Positions 53,794 to 63,455 of a DNA stretch of 64,000 nt are shown here, in pieces (position 1 is the stretch's first letter; every line of letters starts with the position of its first letter). Under the pieces are notes generated by a model. The model saw nothing but the letters and a program-made list of their open reading frames with translations. It was not told where the DNA came from and searched no databases. Source of the stretch: Gaiellaceae bacterium (GTDB lineage Bacteria > Actinomycetota > Thermoleophilia > Gaiellales > Gaiellaceae); the NCBI GenBank assembly GCA_036490825.1, contig DASXDE010000097.1, forward strand, positions 275-64,274. The letters are read 5' to 3'. A program made the translations under genes and the position numbers.

Positions 53794-56388
53794 GTGCACC
53801 TACGCGCCGTCAAGCTGCGTGGCTTCAAGTCGTTCCCCGACCCGGTCGAGATCCGTCTCGAGCCGGGCGTCGGCGTCATCGTCGGCCCGAACGGCTCCGG
53901 TAAGTCGAACGTCTCCGACGGGATCCGCTGGGCGGCCGGCTCGCTCAGCCCCACCGAGCTGCGGGCCGAGAAGCCCGACGATGTCCTCTTCGCCGGGGGC
54001 GGAGCACGCGGCGCCGCGGACTTCTGCGAGGTCGAGCTCCTCTTCGACAACGCCGACGGGGCGCTGCCCGTCGACTTCGCGGAGCTCTCGGTCGCGCGCC
54101 GCCTGCACCGCGGCGGCGAGGGCCAGTACCTCGTCAACCGGGCCGCGGTGCGGCGCCTCGACCTCGTCGAGCTGCTCGCCGACCTGGGGCTCGGGCAGGG
54201 GATGCACTCGATCATCAGCCAGGGGAAGGTCGAGGCGATCCTCGCTTCCCGCCCGGCCGAGCGGCGTGCGCTGATCGAGGAGGCGGCCGGCCTCGGCCGC
54301 TTCAAGGCCCGCCGTCACCGTGCCGAGCTCAAGCTCGCGCGCGTCGCGGTCGAGGTCGAGCGCGCCCGCGACGTCGAGGCCGAGGTCAAGAAGCGGCTCC
54401 GGCCGCTCGCGCTGCAGGCGACGGCGGCGGAGCGCGCGCAGAAGCTCGGGGTCGAGCTCGCGCGCCTGCGCGCGCGCGTCGCGCAGCTCGACCTCGCGGG
54501 GCTCGAGGAGCGGCTCGCGGAGCTCGCGACGCGCCGCAGCACGGCTGCGGGCGGACGCCGCGGGGTGGAGGAGAGGCTCGAGGCGCTGCTCGCCGAGCGC
54601 GGGAAGGCCGAGGATGAGCTGGCGGACGCGGCGGGAGGGCGCGAGCAGGCGCTGCAGGCGCTCTACCGGCTCCGCAGCGCGGCGGAACGGCTCGGGCTGC
54701 GGCGTGAGTCCGTGGAGGCGAGGGTGGTGCGGCTCCGCGACGAGCTGGCCCGGCCGCGGCGGGTGCTCGACGAGCGCGTCCGCGCCGAGCGTGCTGCGCT
54801 CGCCGAGGAGGTTCGCCTGCTCGAGGAGCGGTTGCGGGCGCTCGACCGGACCCTCGCCGAGCGCGAAGGACTGCCGCCGGCGGCGCGCGCGCTGGCGGAG
54901 GAGGGCGAGCGGATCGCCCTCTCGCTGCTCGAGGTCGAGCCCGGCCGCGAGCATGCGGTCGCGGCGGCGCTCGGCCGTTCGGCCTCCGCGGTGATCCGGG
55001 ACGACGCGGCCGGGGCGCTCGCCCTGCTCGAGCGGGCGCGCGAGGCGGGTCTCGGGAGTCTCGTCGTCCTCGTCGGCCGCGATCCGGCCCAGCTGGTCGC
55101 CGAGATGCCCGTGGTTCCGAAGGAGGCGCTGCTGGCGTCGCCCGTCGCGGCCGTGACTTCGGAGGGCTTCGGCTACGACCCGCAGCGCGGGGAGCTGTGG
55201 TTCGCGGGCGAGACCGCCGAGGCGGTGCTGCTCGAGCTGCAGGCCCGCCGGCGGGCGCTGGCGGCCGAGCTCGACGAGCTTCGGACACGACTCGAGACGC
55301 CGATCCCGGACGCCGCGTACTCGCTGGAGCGGGATCCCTTAGCCGACCGCAGCATCCGGCTCGCCGAGCGGCTCCTCCGCGCGCTCGACGTCTCGGTGGA
55401 GCACCTCGAAGCGCCGCTCCGCCGGGAGGTCGACGCCGGCGCGGCGCGCAGCGGCGAGCTCGGCGCCGAGCTGCGCAAACTCGGCGCGGCCGAGGTCGAG
55501 CTGCGACAGGAGCACGCGGCCGCCTCCGAGGCGGTCTCCGCGGTCGAGATCGAGGCGGCGCGACTCGAAGCCGAGGCCGACGAGGCGCGCCGGCGCCTCG
55601 AGCAGGCGATGCTGGAAGCGACGGCGGCGGAGCCACCGTCGCCCGGCGGTAAGACCGCGGCGCCTCCGGCGCCGCCCGGCGCCGAGCCGGCGGAGGGCGA
55701 CGACCGCGAGCAGCTCCTCGCGACGGTCGAGCGGCTGGAGCGCCGCCGCGAGTCCCTCGGCCAGGTCAACCCCCTCGCGCACGAGGAGTACGAGGCGGAG
55801 AAGGAGCGGCTCGAGGAGCTCGCCGCGCAGCGGTCCGACCTCGAGGCGAGCCTCGCCGAGCTCGAGAAGCTGCGGAGCGAGCTGACGGAGACGGTCGAGC
55901 GCCGCTTCGCAGAGACGTTCGACGCGGTCCGCGGCCACTTCGCCGAGGTGACCGCGACCGTGTTCCCGGGCGGCGAGGGGCGCCTGCGCCTCACCGAGGC
56001 CGAGGACGGCGACGACGATGAGCAGCCGGGCGTCGAGGTAGAGCTGCGTCCCGCCGGCAAGCGCGTGCAGCGGCTCTCGCTCCTGTCCGGCGGCGAGAAG
56101 GCGCTCGGCGCGATCGCGTTCCTGTTCGCGCTCTTCCTCGCACGGCCGTGCCCGTTCTACCTCCTCGACGAGGTGGAGGCGGCGCTCGACGACACGAACA
56201 TCGGACGCTTCGTCGAGCTCCTGCGCCGCTACTCCGACCGCGCGCAGTTCGTCGTGATCACGCACCAGAAGCGCACGATGGAGGCGGCCGACGTCCTCTA
56301 CGGCGTGACGATGGGCGGCGACGGCGTCTCGCAGGTCGTCTCGCGGCGGCTGCCGCGAGACGAGGCGAAGGCCGCCAGCGCCGCTTAG
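53794..56388 (+). CDS. smc: chromosome partition protein Smc, short form (864 aa)
   Basis: VHLRAVKLRGFKSF..GPNGSGKSN (Walker A), a compact hinge (..EVEPGREHAVAAALG..), LSGGEKA signature and FYLLDEVEAALD (Walker B). The start was trimmed to the GTG at 53794. Confidence 0.9.
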   Translation: MHLRAVKLRGFKSFPDPVEIRLEPGVGVIVGPNGSGKSNVSDGIRWAAGSLSPTELRAEKPDDVLFAGGGARGAADFCEVELLFDNADGALPVDFAELSVARRLHRGGEGQYLVNRAAVRRLDLVELLADLGLGQGMHSIISQGKVEAILASRPAERRALIEEAAGLGRFKARRHRAELKLARVAVEVERARDVEAEVKKRLRPLALQATAAERAQKLGVELARLRARVAQLDLAGLEERLAELATRRSTAAGGRRGVEERLEALLAERGKAEDELADAAGGREQALQALYRLRSAAERLGLRRESVEARVVRLRDELARPRRVLDERVRAERAALAEEVRLLEERLRALDRTLAEREGLPPAARALAEEGERIALSLLEVEPGREHAVAAALGRSASAVIRDDAAGALALLERAREAGLGSLVVLVGRDPAQLVAEMPVVPKEALLASPVAAVTSEGFGYDPQRGELWFAGETAEAVLLELQARRRALAAELDELRTRLETPIPDAAYSLERDPLADRSIRLAERLLRALDVSVEHLEAPLRREVDAGAARSGELGAELRKLGAAEVELRQEHAAASEAVSAVEIEAARLEAEADEARRRLEQAMLEATAAEPPSPGGKTAAPPAPPGAEPAEGDDREQLLATVERLERRRESLGQVNPLAHEEYEAEKERLEELAAQRSDLEASLAELEKLRSELTETVERRFAETFDAVRGHFAEVTATVFPGGEGRLRLTEAEDGDDDEQPGVEVELRPAGKRVQRLSLLSGGEKALGAIAFLFALFLARPCPFYLLDEVEAALDDTNIGRFVELLRRYSDRAQFVVITHQKRTMEAADVLYGVTMGGDGVSQVVSRRLPRDEAKAASAA

Positions 56389-57017
56389 CTCAGCGCGCGC
56401 TCGAGGGCGGCGCGGTCGGTCGGCTCGCCGTGCGCGGGCAGAACGAGCTCGACCGGCAGGTCGAGCAACGGGCGAAGCCGCTCGACGACGTCGTCGCGCG
56501 TCACGTGCTTGCGACCGCCGAGCTGGATGTCCAGCCCGTCGCCGAAGTCGGAAAGCGAGTCGCCCGTCACGATCGCGGCGATCGAGGGCAGCCAGAGGAC
56601 GAGGTCGTTGTTCTCGCGCCCCGCGTACGCGTGGATGCCGAAGGGCCACGCTCCGGGGCCGTGAAAGTGCCCCTCTCCTTCGCCCGCGCGCAGCCAGGCG
56701 AGATCGTCGCTCTCCATGCCGCGGACGCGGTCGGGGTCGACGCCGAACTTCTCGACCCAGTCTTCCCAGGTGTCCGCCGGAGGCGTGTGCACCGGGAGGC
56801 CGAGCGCGCGGGCGTCACGCTCGTGGTACGGCGCGGTCAGGACGACGGCGGTCGCGCGCCCGCGCAGCTCGTCCGGAACGGAGAGCGGGTCGAACAGCAG
56901 GAGCTCGTCGCCTAGCTCGATCGCGTACGAGGACACCTCCTGCTGCCACGCCTCGTCCGCAGCCCAGTCCGGGTGCGGCGCCCGCCAGTGCCAGAGATCG
57001 GGTCGGAGCTCGTGCAC
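56385..57017 (-). CDS. MBL-fold hydrolase-like protein
   Basis: ..VVLTAPYHERDA.. and ..VLPAHGEP.. loosely resemble metallo-beta-lactamase-fold motifs. The assignment is weak. Confidence 0.5.
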   Translation of the reverse strand: MHELRPDLWHWRAPHPDWAADEAWQQEVSSYAIELGDELLLFDPLSVPDELRGRATAVVLTAPYHERDARALGLPVHTPPADTWEDWVEKFGVDPDRVRGMESDDLAWLRAGEGEGHFHGPGAWPFGIHAYAGRENNDLVLWLPSIAAIVTGDSLSDFGDGLDIQLGGRKHVTRDDVVERLRPLLDLPVELVLPAHGEPTDRAALERALS

Positions 57018-57058
57018 GCGCCGAGCCTAGCTCAGCGGATTACGTAGGATCGCCGGCG

Positions 57059-58240
57059 ATGGACGAACGCCTCGAGCGCTACGCGGAGCTCGTCGTGACG
57101 GTCGGCGCGAATGTCCAGCCGGGCCAGGAGGTCTTCCTCTTTCCGGCGGTCGAGCACCACGAGCTCGCGCGCGCCCTGACCCGGCAGGCGTACCGCGCCG
57201 GCGCCGCCTACGTCCACGTCGTCTACCGCGACGGACACGCGCGCCGGGCGATGATCGAGCTGGGGCCGGACGAGGCGCTGACCTACACGGCGGACTGGCA
57301 GAAGGCTCTCGTGAGCGCGTGGGCCGGCAACGCGATGATCGGCACGACGGGTGATCCCGAGCCGGATCTGCTCGCCGACCTCGACGGCGAGCGCGTCGGT
57401 CGAGCGGTGCAGCAGGAGCTCGTGGGCATCCAGATGGAGCACCTCGGCAACAACGTGCTCAACTGGTGCGGCATCGGCGCTCCGAGCGAGGGCTGGGCTC
57501 AGCAGGTCTTCGGCGAGCCCGACGTCGAGCGGCTCTGGGAGACGGTCGCGTTCTGCATGCGGCTCGACGAGCCCGATCCCGCCGCGGCCTGGGACGAGCA
57601 CCTCGAGCGGCTCGCGGCGCGGACCGGGCAGCTCAACGAGCTTCGCCCCGACGGCCTGCGCTACCGCGGCCCCGGCACCGACCTGAGCGTCGGGCTCCTG
57701 CCGAACGTGCGCTGGGCCTCGGGGGCCTCGGAGACGACGGCGGGGATCCGCTATGTCGCGAACATGCCGACCGAAGAGGTGTTCACGTCGCCCGACGCGC
57801 GGCGCACCGAGGGAACGATCCGCTCCACCCGCCCCCTGCCTCTCTTCGGCCAGATCATCCGCGGGCTCGAGCTGACGTTCGAGCAGGGCCGGGCCGTTCG
57901 CGTCGAGGCAGAGACGGGAGCGGACCTGGTGCGCGGCCACTTCGCGACGATCGAGGACGCCGACAGGCTCGGCGAGGTCGCGCTCGTCACGCGCGAGTCG
58001 CGTGTCGGCCAGACCGGGACGCTGTTCTACGACGCGCTCTACGACGAGAACGCGACCTGCCACATCGCGTACGGCTCGGGCCTGCCGTTCCTCCTCGAGG
58101 GGGCGCCGGACGACGGGTTCAACGTGGCCAACATGCACGTCGACTTCATGGTCGGCGGGCCAGAGCTCGAGGTCGACGCCGTACTCGCCGACGGCGCGGA
58201 GGTGCCGCTGATCCGGAACGAGGAGTGGCAACTGACGTGA
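57059..58240 (+). CDS. M29-family aminopeptidase (AmpS/PepS-like), copy 1
   Basis: ..LERYAELVV.VGANVQPGQ.., ..NMPTEEVFTSP.. and ..DENATCHIAYG.. ..HVDFM... Confidence 0.85.
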   Translation: MDERLERYAELVVTVGANVQPGQEVFLFPAVEHHELARALTRQAYRAGAAYVHVVYRDGHARRAMIELGPDEALTYTADWQKALVSAWAGNAMIGTTGDPEPDLLADLDGERVGRAVQQELVGIQMEHLGNNVLNWCGIGAPSEGWAQQVFGEPDVERLWETVAFCMRLDEPDPAAAWDEHLERLAARTGQLNELRPDGLRYRGPGTDLSVGLLPNVRWASGASETTAGIRYVANMPTEEVFTSPDARRTEGTIRSTRPLPLFGQIIRGLELTFEQGRAVRVEAETGADLVRGHFATIEDADRLGEVALVTRESRVGQTGTLFYDALYDENATCHIAYGSGLPFLLEGAPDDGFNVANMHVDFMVGGPELEVDAVLADGAEVPLIRNEEWQLT

Positions 58241-59430
58241 GCGCCAACGGCGATCGGCTCGAGCGCTACGCCGAGCTCGCGGTTCGCGTGGGCGCGAACG
58301 TGCAACCCGGGCAGGAGGTCTACGTCCATCCGATGGTGGAGCACGCCGAGCTGGGGCGCGCTCTCGTCCGGCAGGCGTACCGGGCAGGCGCGTCGTACGT
58401 CCACCTTCAGTACGTCGATGACCACGTTCGCCACGCCATGATCGGGCTGGGCCCCGACGCCGCCCTCACCTACTCGCCCGAGTGGGAGAAGGAGATGTTC
58501 GGGGCGGCGGACGGGAACGCGTCCATCGGAACCACCGGCCGGCCGAACCCGCGGCTGCTCGCCGACCTCGACGGAGAGCGGATCGGGCGCGCGGTCAAGG
58601 TGGAGATCGCGGAGATCGTCCAGCGGCAGCACCGCGAGAACACGGTCAACTGGTGCGGGATCGGCGCGCCGAACGAGGGCTGGGCGACGCAGGTCTTCGG
58701 CGAGCCCGACGTCGAGCGGCTGTGGGAGAAGGTCGCGTTTTGCATGCGGCTCGACGAGCCGGACCCGGTCGAGGCGTGGCGCGAGCACATCGCCCGGCTC
58801 GAGGCGCGCTCCGCCTCACTGACCGAGCTCCGTCCGGACGCGCTCCACTACCGCGGTCCGGGCACCGACCTCAGGGTCGGCCTGCTCCCGAGCGCGCGCT
58901 GGGGAACCGCCCGCTTTCGCACCTCCGGCGGGATCGACTACGTGGCGAACATGCCGACCGAGGAGGTCTTCACAACGCCGGACTGCCGTCGCGCCGAGGG
59001 GAAGATCCGTTCCTCGCTGCCGCTCTCCCTCAACGGCCAGATCGTGCAGGGCCTCGAGCTCACGTTCGAGGGCGGTCGGATCGTCGGCGTCGAGGCGGAG
59101 GAGGGCGGGGACCTCGTCCGCAGCCAGCTTGCGACGAACGAGAACGCGGACCGGCTGGGCGAGGTCGCGCTCGTGACGAAGGAGTCGCGGGTCGGCCGGT
59201 CCGGGACACTCTTCTTCGACACGCTGTTCGACGAGAACGCGACCTGCCACATCGCCTACGGGATGGGGCTCGCGTACGCCTTCGACGGCGAGCTCGACGA
59301 GGGGTCGAACATCTGCAACATCCACATCGACTTCATGGTCGGCGGCCCGGAGCTCGAGGTCGACGCGGTCCTGGCGGACGGCAGCGAGGTGCCGCTGATC
59401 CGCGAAGAGACCTGGCAGCTCGCGGCGTAG
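58237..59430 (+). CDS. M29-family aminopeptidase, copy 2 (tandem paralog)
   Basis: It carries the same motifs as copy 1 and is collinear over its full length. The GTG overlaps the copy 1 stop (GTGA). Confidence 0.85.
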   Translation: MSANGDRLERYAELAVRVGANVQPGQEVYVHPMVEHAELGRALVRQAYRAGASYVHLQYVDDHVRHAMIGLGPDAALTYSPEWEKEMFGAADGNASIGTTGRPNPRLLADLDGERIGRAVKVEIAEIVQRQHRENTVNWCGIGAPNEGWATQVFGEPDVERLWEKVAFCMRLDEPDPVEAWREHIARLEARSASLTELRPDALHYRGPGTDLRVGLLPSARWGTARFRTSGGIDYVANMPTEEVFTTPDCRRAEGKIRSSLPLSLNGQIVQGLELTFEGGRIVGVEAEEGGDLVRSQLATNENADRLGEVALVTKESRVGRSGTLFFDTLFDENATCHIAYGMGLAYAFDGELDEGSNICNIHIDFMVGGPELEVDAVLADGSEVPLIREETWQLAA

Positions 59431-59475
59431 CTTTCTGAAACACGTCTAGTCCGGCGACTCACTACGCTGCGCGTC

Positions 59476-60432
59476 GTGGCGCGGAGCTGGGCTGAGCTGC
59501 TGGGCGAGCCGGATGCGGCCTCGCAGGCGGAGGAGGAGAGTGGAGGCCGCTTCTTCTCGCGGCTGCGGGACTCGCTCTCGAAGTCGCGCCGGGCGCTGAC
59601 CGGGGAGCTCGCCGCCGCGGCCTCCTTCGACCCGGGCAACGACGCGGACTGGGAGCGGCTCGAGGAGGCCCTGATCGCCGGAGACGTCGGCGTGCGGGCC
59701 ACCGCCGAGCTCGTGCGGCGCCTCGAGGCGCGCGGGGAGCTCGCGGACCTGAACTCGGCGCTTGCGGAGGAGGTGACCGTGCTCTTCGGCGAGCCGCCCG
59801 TCCTCGACGTCGCCCACGAGCCGGCCGTGATCCTGGTGGTGGGCGTCAACGGCACCGGGAAGACGACGACGATCGGCAAGCTCTCGGCGCGGCTCGCCGA
59901 GCACGGCCGCTCCGTCGTCGTCGCGGCCGCCGACACGTACCGCGCCGCGGCGGAGGAGCAGCTCGAGATCTGGGCGCAGCGGGCCGGCGCGGACTTCGTC
60001 GGCTCCGAGCGCGGCTCGGATCCCGCGGCGGTCGCCTACGACGCCGTCGAGGCCGCCGTCGCCCGTGGCCGGAACGTCGTGGTCGTCGACACCGCGGGCC
60101 GCCTCCATACGCAGACGAACCTGATGGAGGAGCTCGCCAAGGTGCGGCGCGTCCTGGCCGGCCGCCTCGAGGCGGCGCCGCACGAAACCCTGCTCGTCGT
60201 CGACGCCACGACGGGACAGAACGGCGTCCAGCAGGCACGGCTCTTCGGCGATGCGGTCGGCGTCACCGGCGTCGTCCTGACGAAGCTCGACGGCTCCGCG
60301 AAGGGCGGGGTCGCGATCCCGATCGCGTACGAGCTCGGCCTCCCGGTCAAGCTCGTCGGCGTCGGCGAGGCGCTCGAGGACCTGCAGCCGTTCGACCCGC
60401 GCGACTACGCACGGGCGCTGGTCTCGGGCTGA
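59476..60432 (+). CDS. ftsY: signal recognition particle receptor
   Basis: NG domain with GVNGTGKTTTIGKL, DTAGRL and TKLDGSAKGG. The A-domain is short. Confidence 0.9.
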   Translation: MARSWAELLGEPDAASQAEEESGGRFFSRLRDSLSKSRRALTGELAAAASFDPGNDADWERLEEALIAGDVGVRATAELVRRLEARGELADLNSALAEEVTVLFGEPPVLDVAHEPAVILVVGVNGTGKTTTIGKLSARLAEHGRSVVVAAADTYRAAAEEQLEIWAQRAGADFVGSERGSDPAAVAYDAVEAAVARGRNVVVVDTAGRLHTQTNLMEELAKVRRVLAGRLEAAPHETLLVVDATTGQNGVQQARLFGDAVGVTGVVLTKLDGSAKGGVAIPIAYELGLPVKLVGVGEALEDLQPFDPRDYARALVSG

Positions 60433-60455
60433 GACACCGGTACCCTGCGCCCTCG

Positions 60456-61862
60456 ATGTTCGACGCGCTCAGCGACAAGCTCCAGAACGCCCTCGGCGAC
60501 CTCCGCGGGCGCGGCGTCCTCGACGACGAGGCGATCTCCCGCGCGATGCGCGAGGTGCGGCTCGCGCTGCTCGAGGCGGACGTCAACTTCGGCGTCGTCA
60601 AGGAGTTCGTCGCCCAGGTACGCGAGCGCGCGCTCGGGGAGGACGTGCGCAAGAGTCTCACTCCCGGCCAGCAGGTCGTGAAGATCGTGCACGAGGAGCT
60701 GAGCGAGCTGCTGGGCTCCAGTGACTCTCGTCTCGCATTCTCGCCGCGGCCGCCGACCACGATCCTGCTCGCCGGCCTGCAGGGCTCGGGCAAGACCACG
60801 GCGGCCGGCAAGCTGGCGCTGCTGCTCTCCACGGAGGGCCGCAAGCCGGCGCTCGTTGCCGCCGACCTGCAGCGCCCGGCCGCGATCGACCAACTCGTCC
60901 AGCTCGGCGAGCAGGTCGGCGTGCCCGTCTACGCCCACGAGCGCGGCGACCCGGTCAAGGCAGTCCACGACGGGATCGCGCGCGCAAACGACGACGGCCG
61001 CGACGTCGTGATCCTCGACACGGCCGGCCGCCTCCACGTCGACGAGGAGCTGATGGAGGAGCTCGCCGCCGTCCGGCGCGAGGCGAAGCCCACCAACGTC
61101 CTCCTCGTCCTCGACGCGATGACCGGCCAGGAGGCCGTGAACGTCGCGCAGGCATTCCAGGAGCGCATCGACTTCGACGGAGTCGTCCTCACGAAGCTCG
61201 ACGGCGACGCGCGGGGCGGCGCCGCGCTCTCCGTCCGCGCGGTCACCGGCCGGCCGATCAAGCTCGCCTCGATCGGCGAGAAGCTCGACGCGCTCGACTG
61301 GTTCCACCCGGACCGGATGGCGTCGCGGATCCTCGGCATGGGCGACGTGCTGACGCTGATCGAGCGCGCCGAGGCGGCGATCGAGGACGAGGAGAAGGAA
61401 GAGCTCGAGCGCCGCATGATGAAGGGCGAGTTCTCGTTCGACGACTTCCTCTCGAGCTACAAGATGATCCGCCGCATGGGGCCGCTGCAGGGCGTGCTCA
61501 AGATGATCCCAGGGCTCGGCAAGCAGCTGGAGGGCCTCGACCAGGTCGACGAGCGCCAGCTGAAGCAGGTCGAGGCGGTCATCCTCTCGATGACCCCCCA
61601 CGAGCGCCGCGTCCCGCACGTCATCGACGCCTCGCGCCGCAAGCGGATCGCCGCCGGCTCCGGCACGACCGTCGAGCAGGTCAACCAGCTGATCGAGGCA
61701 CGCAAGCAGATGGCGAAGATGATGAAGATGGTGGGATCGGGCAAGATGCCGCAGATCCCCGGCGCCGGCCTGCCCGGCAACGGCTTGCCCACTCAGGGGC
61801 CGCCGCGACCGAGCGCCACCCGAAAGTCGAAGTCCAAACGGAAGAAGAAAGCGAGAAGGTAG
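60456..61862 (+). CDS. ffh: signal recognition particle protein
   Basis: [25 protein letters not shown], a Met-rich M domain and a basic C-terminal tail. Confidence 0.95.
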   Translation: MFDALSDKLQNALGDLRGRGVLDDEAISRAMREVRLALLEADVNFGVVKEFVAQVRERALGEDVRKSLTPGQQVVKIVHEELSELLGSSDSRLAFSPRPPTTILLAGLQGSGKTTAAGKLALLLSTEGRKPALVAADLQRPAAIDQLVQLGEQVGVPVYAHERGDPVKAVHDGIARANDDGRDVVILDTAGRLHVDEELMEELAAVRREAKPTNVLLVLDAMTGQEAVNVAQAFQERIDFDGVVLTKLDGDARGGAALSVRAVTGRPIKLASIGEKLDALDWFHPDRMASRILGMGDVLTLIERAEAAIEDEEKEELERRMMKGEFSFDDFLSSYKMIRRMGPLQGVLKMIPGLGKQLEGLDQVDERQLKQVEAVILSMTPHERRVPHVIDASRRKRIAAGSGTTVEQVNQLIEARKQMAKMMKMVGSGKMPQIPGAGLPGNGLPTQGPPRPSATRKSKSKRKKKARR

Positions 61863-61866
61863 GCAG

Positions 61867-62109
61867 ATGGCAGTCAAGCTCAGGCTGACGCGAGTCGGCT
61901 CGAAGAAGAACCCGATCTACCGCGTCGTCGCCGCCGATTCGCGCTCGCCGCGCGACGGCAAGTTCATCGAGATCGTCGGCCGCTACAACCCGCAGTCGGA
62001 CCCGTCGCTCATCGACCTCGACGAGGAGAAGGTGCGCAACTGGCTCGAGAAGGGCGCGCAGCCGACGGAGTCGGTGGCGAAGCTCCTCAAGGCGCAGGGC
62101 ATCAAGTAG
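61867..62109 (+). CDS. rpsP: 30S ribosomal protein S16
   Basis: [21 protein letters not shown]. Confidence 0.95.
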   Translation: MAVKLRLTRVGSKKNPIYRVVAADSRSPRDGKFIEIVGRYNPQSDPSLIDLDEEKVRNWLEKGAQPTESVAKLLKAQGIK

Positions 62110-62113
62110 CGGC

Positions 62114-62347
62114 ATGGCCGAACTGGTTGCGGAGCTCGCACGCCGGCTCGTCGACGAGCCGGACGCCGTGCGGGTCGAGGAGCTCGACGAGGAGGACGGC
62201 ACGCTGCTCCTGCGGCTGCACGTCGCCGAGGGAGACGTCGGCAAGGTGATCGGCCGCCATGGCCGCCTCGTCCGGGCGCTGCGCACGATCGTCCGCGCCG
62301 GCGGCGTCCAGGCGGGACGCCGGCTCCAGCTCGAGATCGTCGACTGA
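62114..62347 (+). CDS. KH-domain RNA-binding protein (YlqC-like)
   Basis: ..GDVGKVIGRHGRLVRALRTI.. is the GXXG KH motif. It sits between rpsP and rimM. Confidence 0.85.
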   Translation: MAELVAELARRLVDEPDAVRVEELDEEDGTLLLRLHVAEGDVGKVIGRHGRLVRALRTIVRAGGVQAGRRLQLEIVD

Positions 62348-62348
62348 C

Positions 62349-62984
62349 GTGGCGCCGGTCGCGGCCCTCTACGACATCCACGGCAACCTCGCCGCGCTCG
62401 AGGCGGTGCTCGCCGAGGTGCCGGACGACGCGACGATCGTGGTCGGCGGCGACATCTGCGCGGGCGGCGACGAGCCGTCCGAGACGCTCGCGCGCCTGCA
62501 GGGGCTCGGCGACCGGGTCCGCTGGGTGCGCGGCAACGCCGACCGCGAGCTGTTCCCGGGCGAGGGCGGCCTCGTCCCGGAGCCGATGGTCGAGGAGACG
62601 CGCGGCCGCCTCAGCGAGGAGGAGATCGCATTCCTGCACGAGCTGCCGGAGACCCAGCTGATCGACGACGTCCTCTACTGCCACGCCTCGCCGCGCAACG
62701 ACATGGACATCTTCACGGAGCGGACGTCCGAGGAGCGGCTCGTCCCGATCTTCGACGGCCTCGACGTTCACGCGGTGGTGTGCGGGCACACGCACACGCA
62801 GTTCGAGCGCACGGTCGGAGGTGTCCGCGTGGTCAACGCGGGCAGCGTCGGCATGCCGTACGAGGAGAAGCCGGGCGCGTACTGGCTGCTCGACCTCGTC
62901 CACCGGCGCACGCCGTACGACGGCGCGGAGCTGAAGGCATCGCGCGAGGAAGCGGTCTCGGAGTTCACCGAGCGTGGGCTCTGA
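62349..62984 (+). CDS. metallophosphoesterase (YfcE-like)
   Basis: ..YDIHGN.., ..GGDI.., ..GNAD.. and ..CGHTH.. motifs. The start was trimmed to the GTG at 62349, 1 nt after the KH-gene stop. Confidence 0.75.
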   Translation: MAPVAALYDIHGNLAALEAVLAEVPDDATIVVGGDICAGGDEPSETLARLQGLGDRVRWVRGNADRELFPGEGGLVPEPMVEETRGRLSEEEIAFLHELPETQLIDDVLYCHASPRNDMDIFTERTSEERLVPIFDGLDVHAVVCGHTHTQFERTVGGVRVVNAGSVGMPYEEKPGAYWLLDLVHRRTPYDGAELKASREEAVSEFTERGL

Positions 62985-63447
62985 CCTCGTGCGGGTCGGT
63001 CGCGTCGGCAAGCCGCACGGGCTGGACGGCGGCTTCTTCGTCGAGGGTCCGAGCGAGCGGAAGGGCGTCTTCGCGCAGGGTGCGACGCTCTACGCCGGCG
63101 GGGAGCCGGCGACCGTCGTCGCCTCACGGCATGGCTCCGGCGGCCGGCCGGTGATCCGCCTCGACCGGCACGTCGAGCGGGGCGCCGAGCTTGCCGTCGC
63201 GCGCGTGAGCCTGCCGCAGCTCGACGATGCCGACGAGTTCTACGTCTTCCAGCTCGTGGGCCTCAGCGTCGAGGAGGAGACCGGGCGGCTGCTCGGGCGG
63301 GTGCGCGAGGTACTCGAGTACCCTGGGAACGGCGTGCTCGAGCTCGACTCCGGCGCGTCGCTGCCCCTCGTCGAGGCGTGCGTTCGGCAGGTCGATCTGG
63401 CCGGCGGGCGGATCGTCGTCGCCGCGGGGTTCGCAGACCCGGATTGA
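62974..63447 (+). CDS. rimM: 16S rRNA processing protein
   Basis: ..VGRVGKPHGLDG.. and the PRC-barrel C-terminus. Confidence 0.85.
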   Translation: MGSDLVRVGRVGKPHGLDGGFFVEGPSERKGVFAQGATLYAGGEPATVVASRHGSGGRPVIRLDRHVERGAELAVARVSLPQLDDADEFYVFQLVGLSVEEETGRLLGRVREVLEYPGNGVLELDSGASLPLVEACVRQVDLAGGRIVVAAGFADPD

Positions 63448-63455
63448 GCCCAGCC

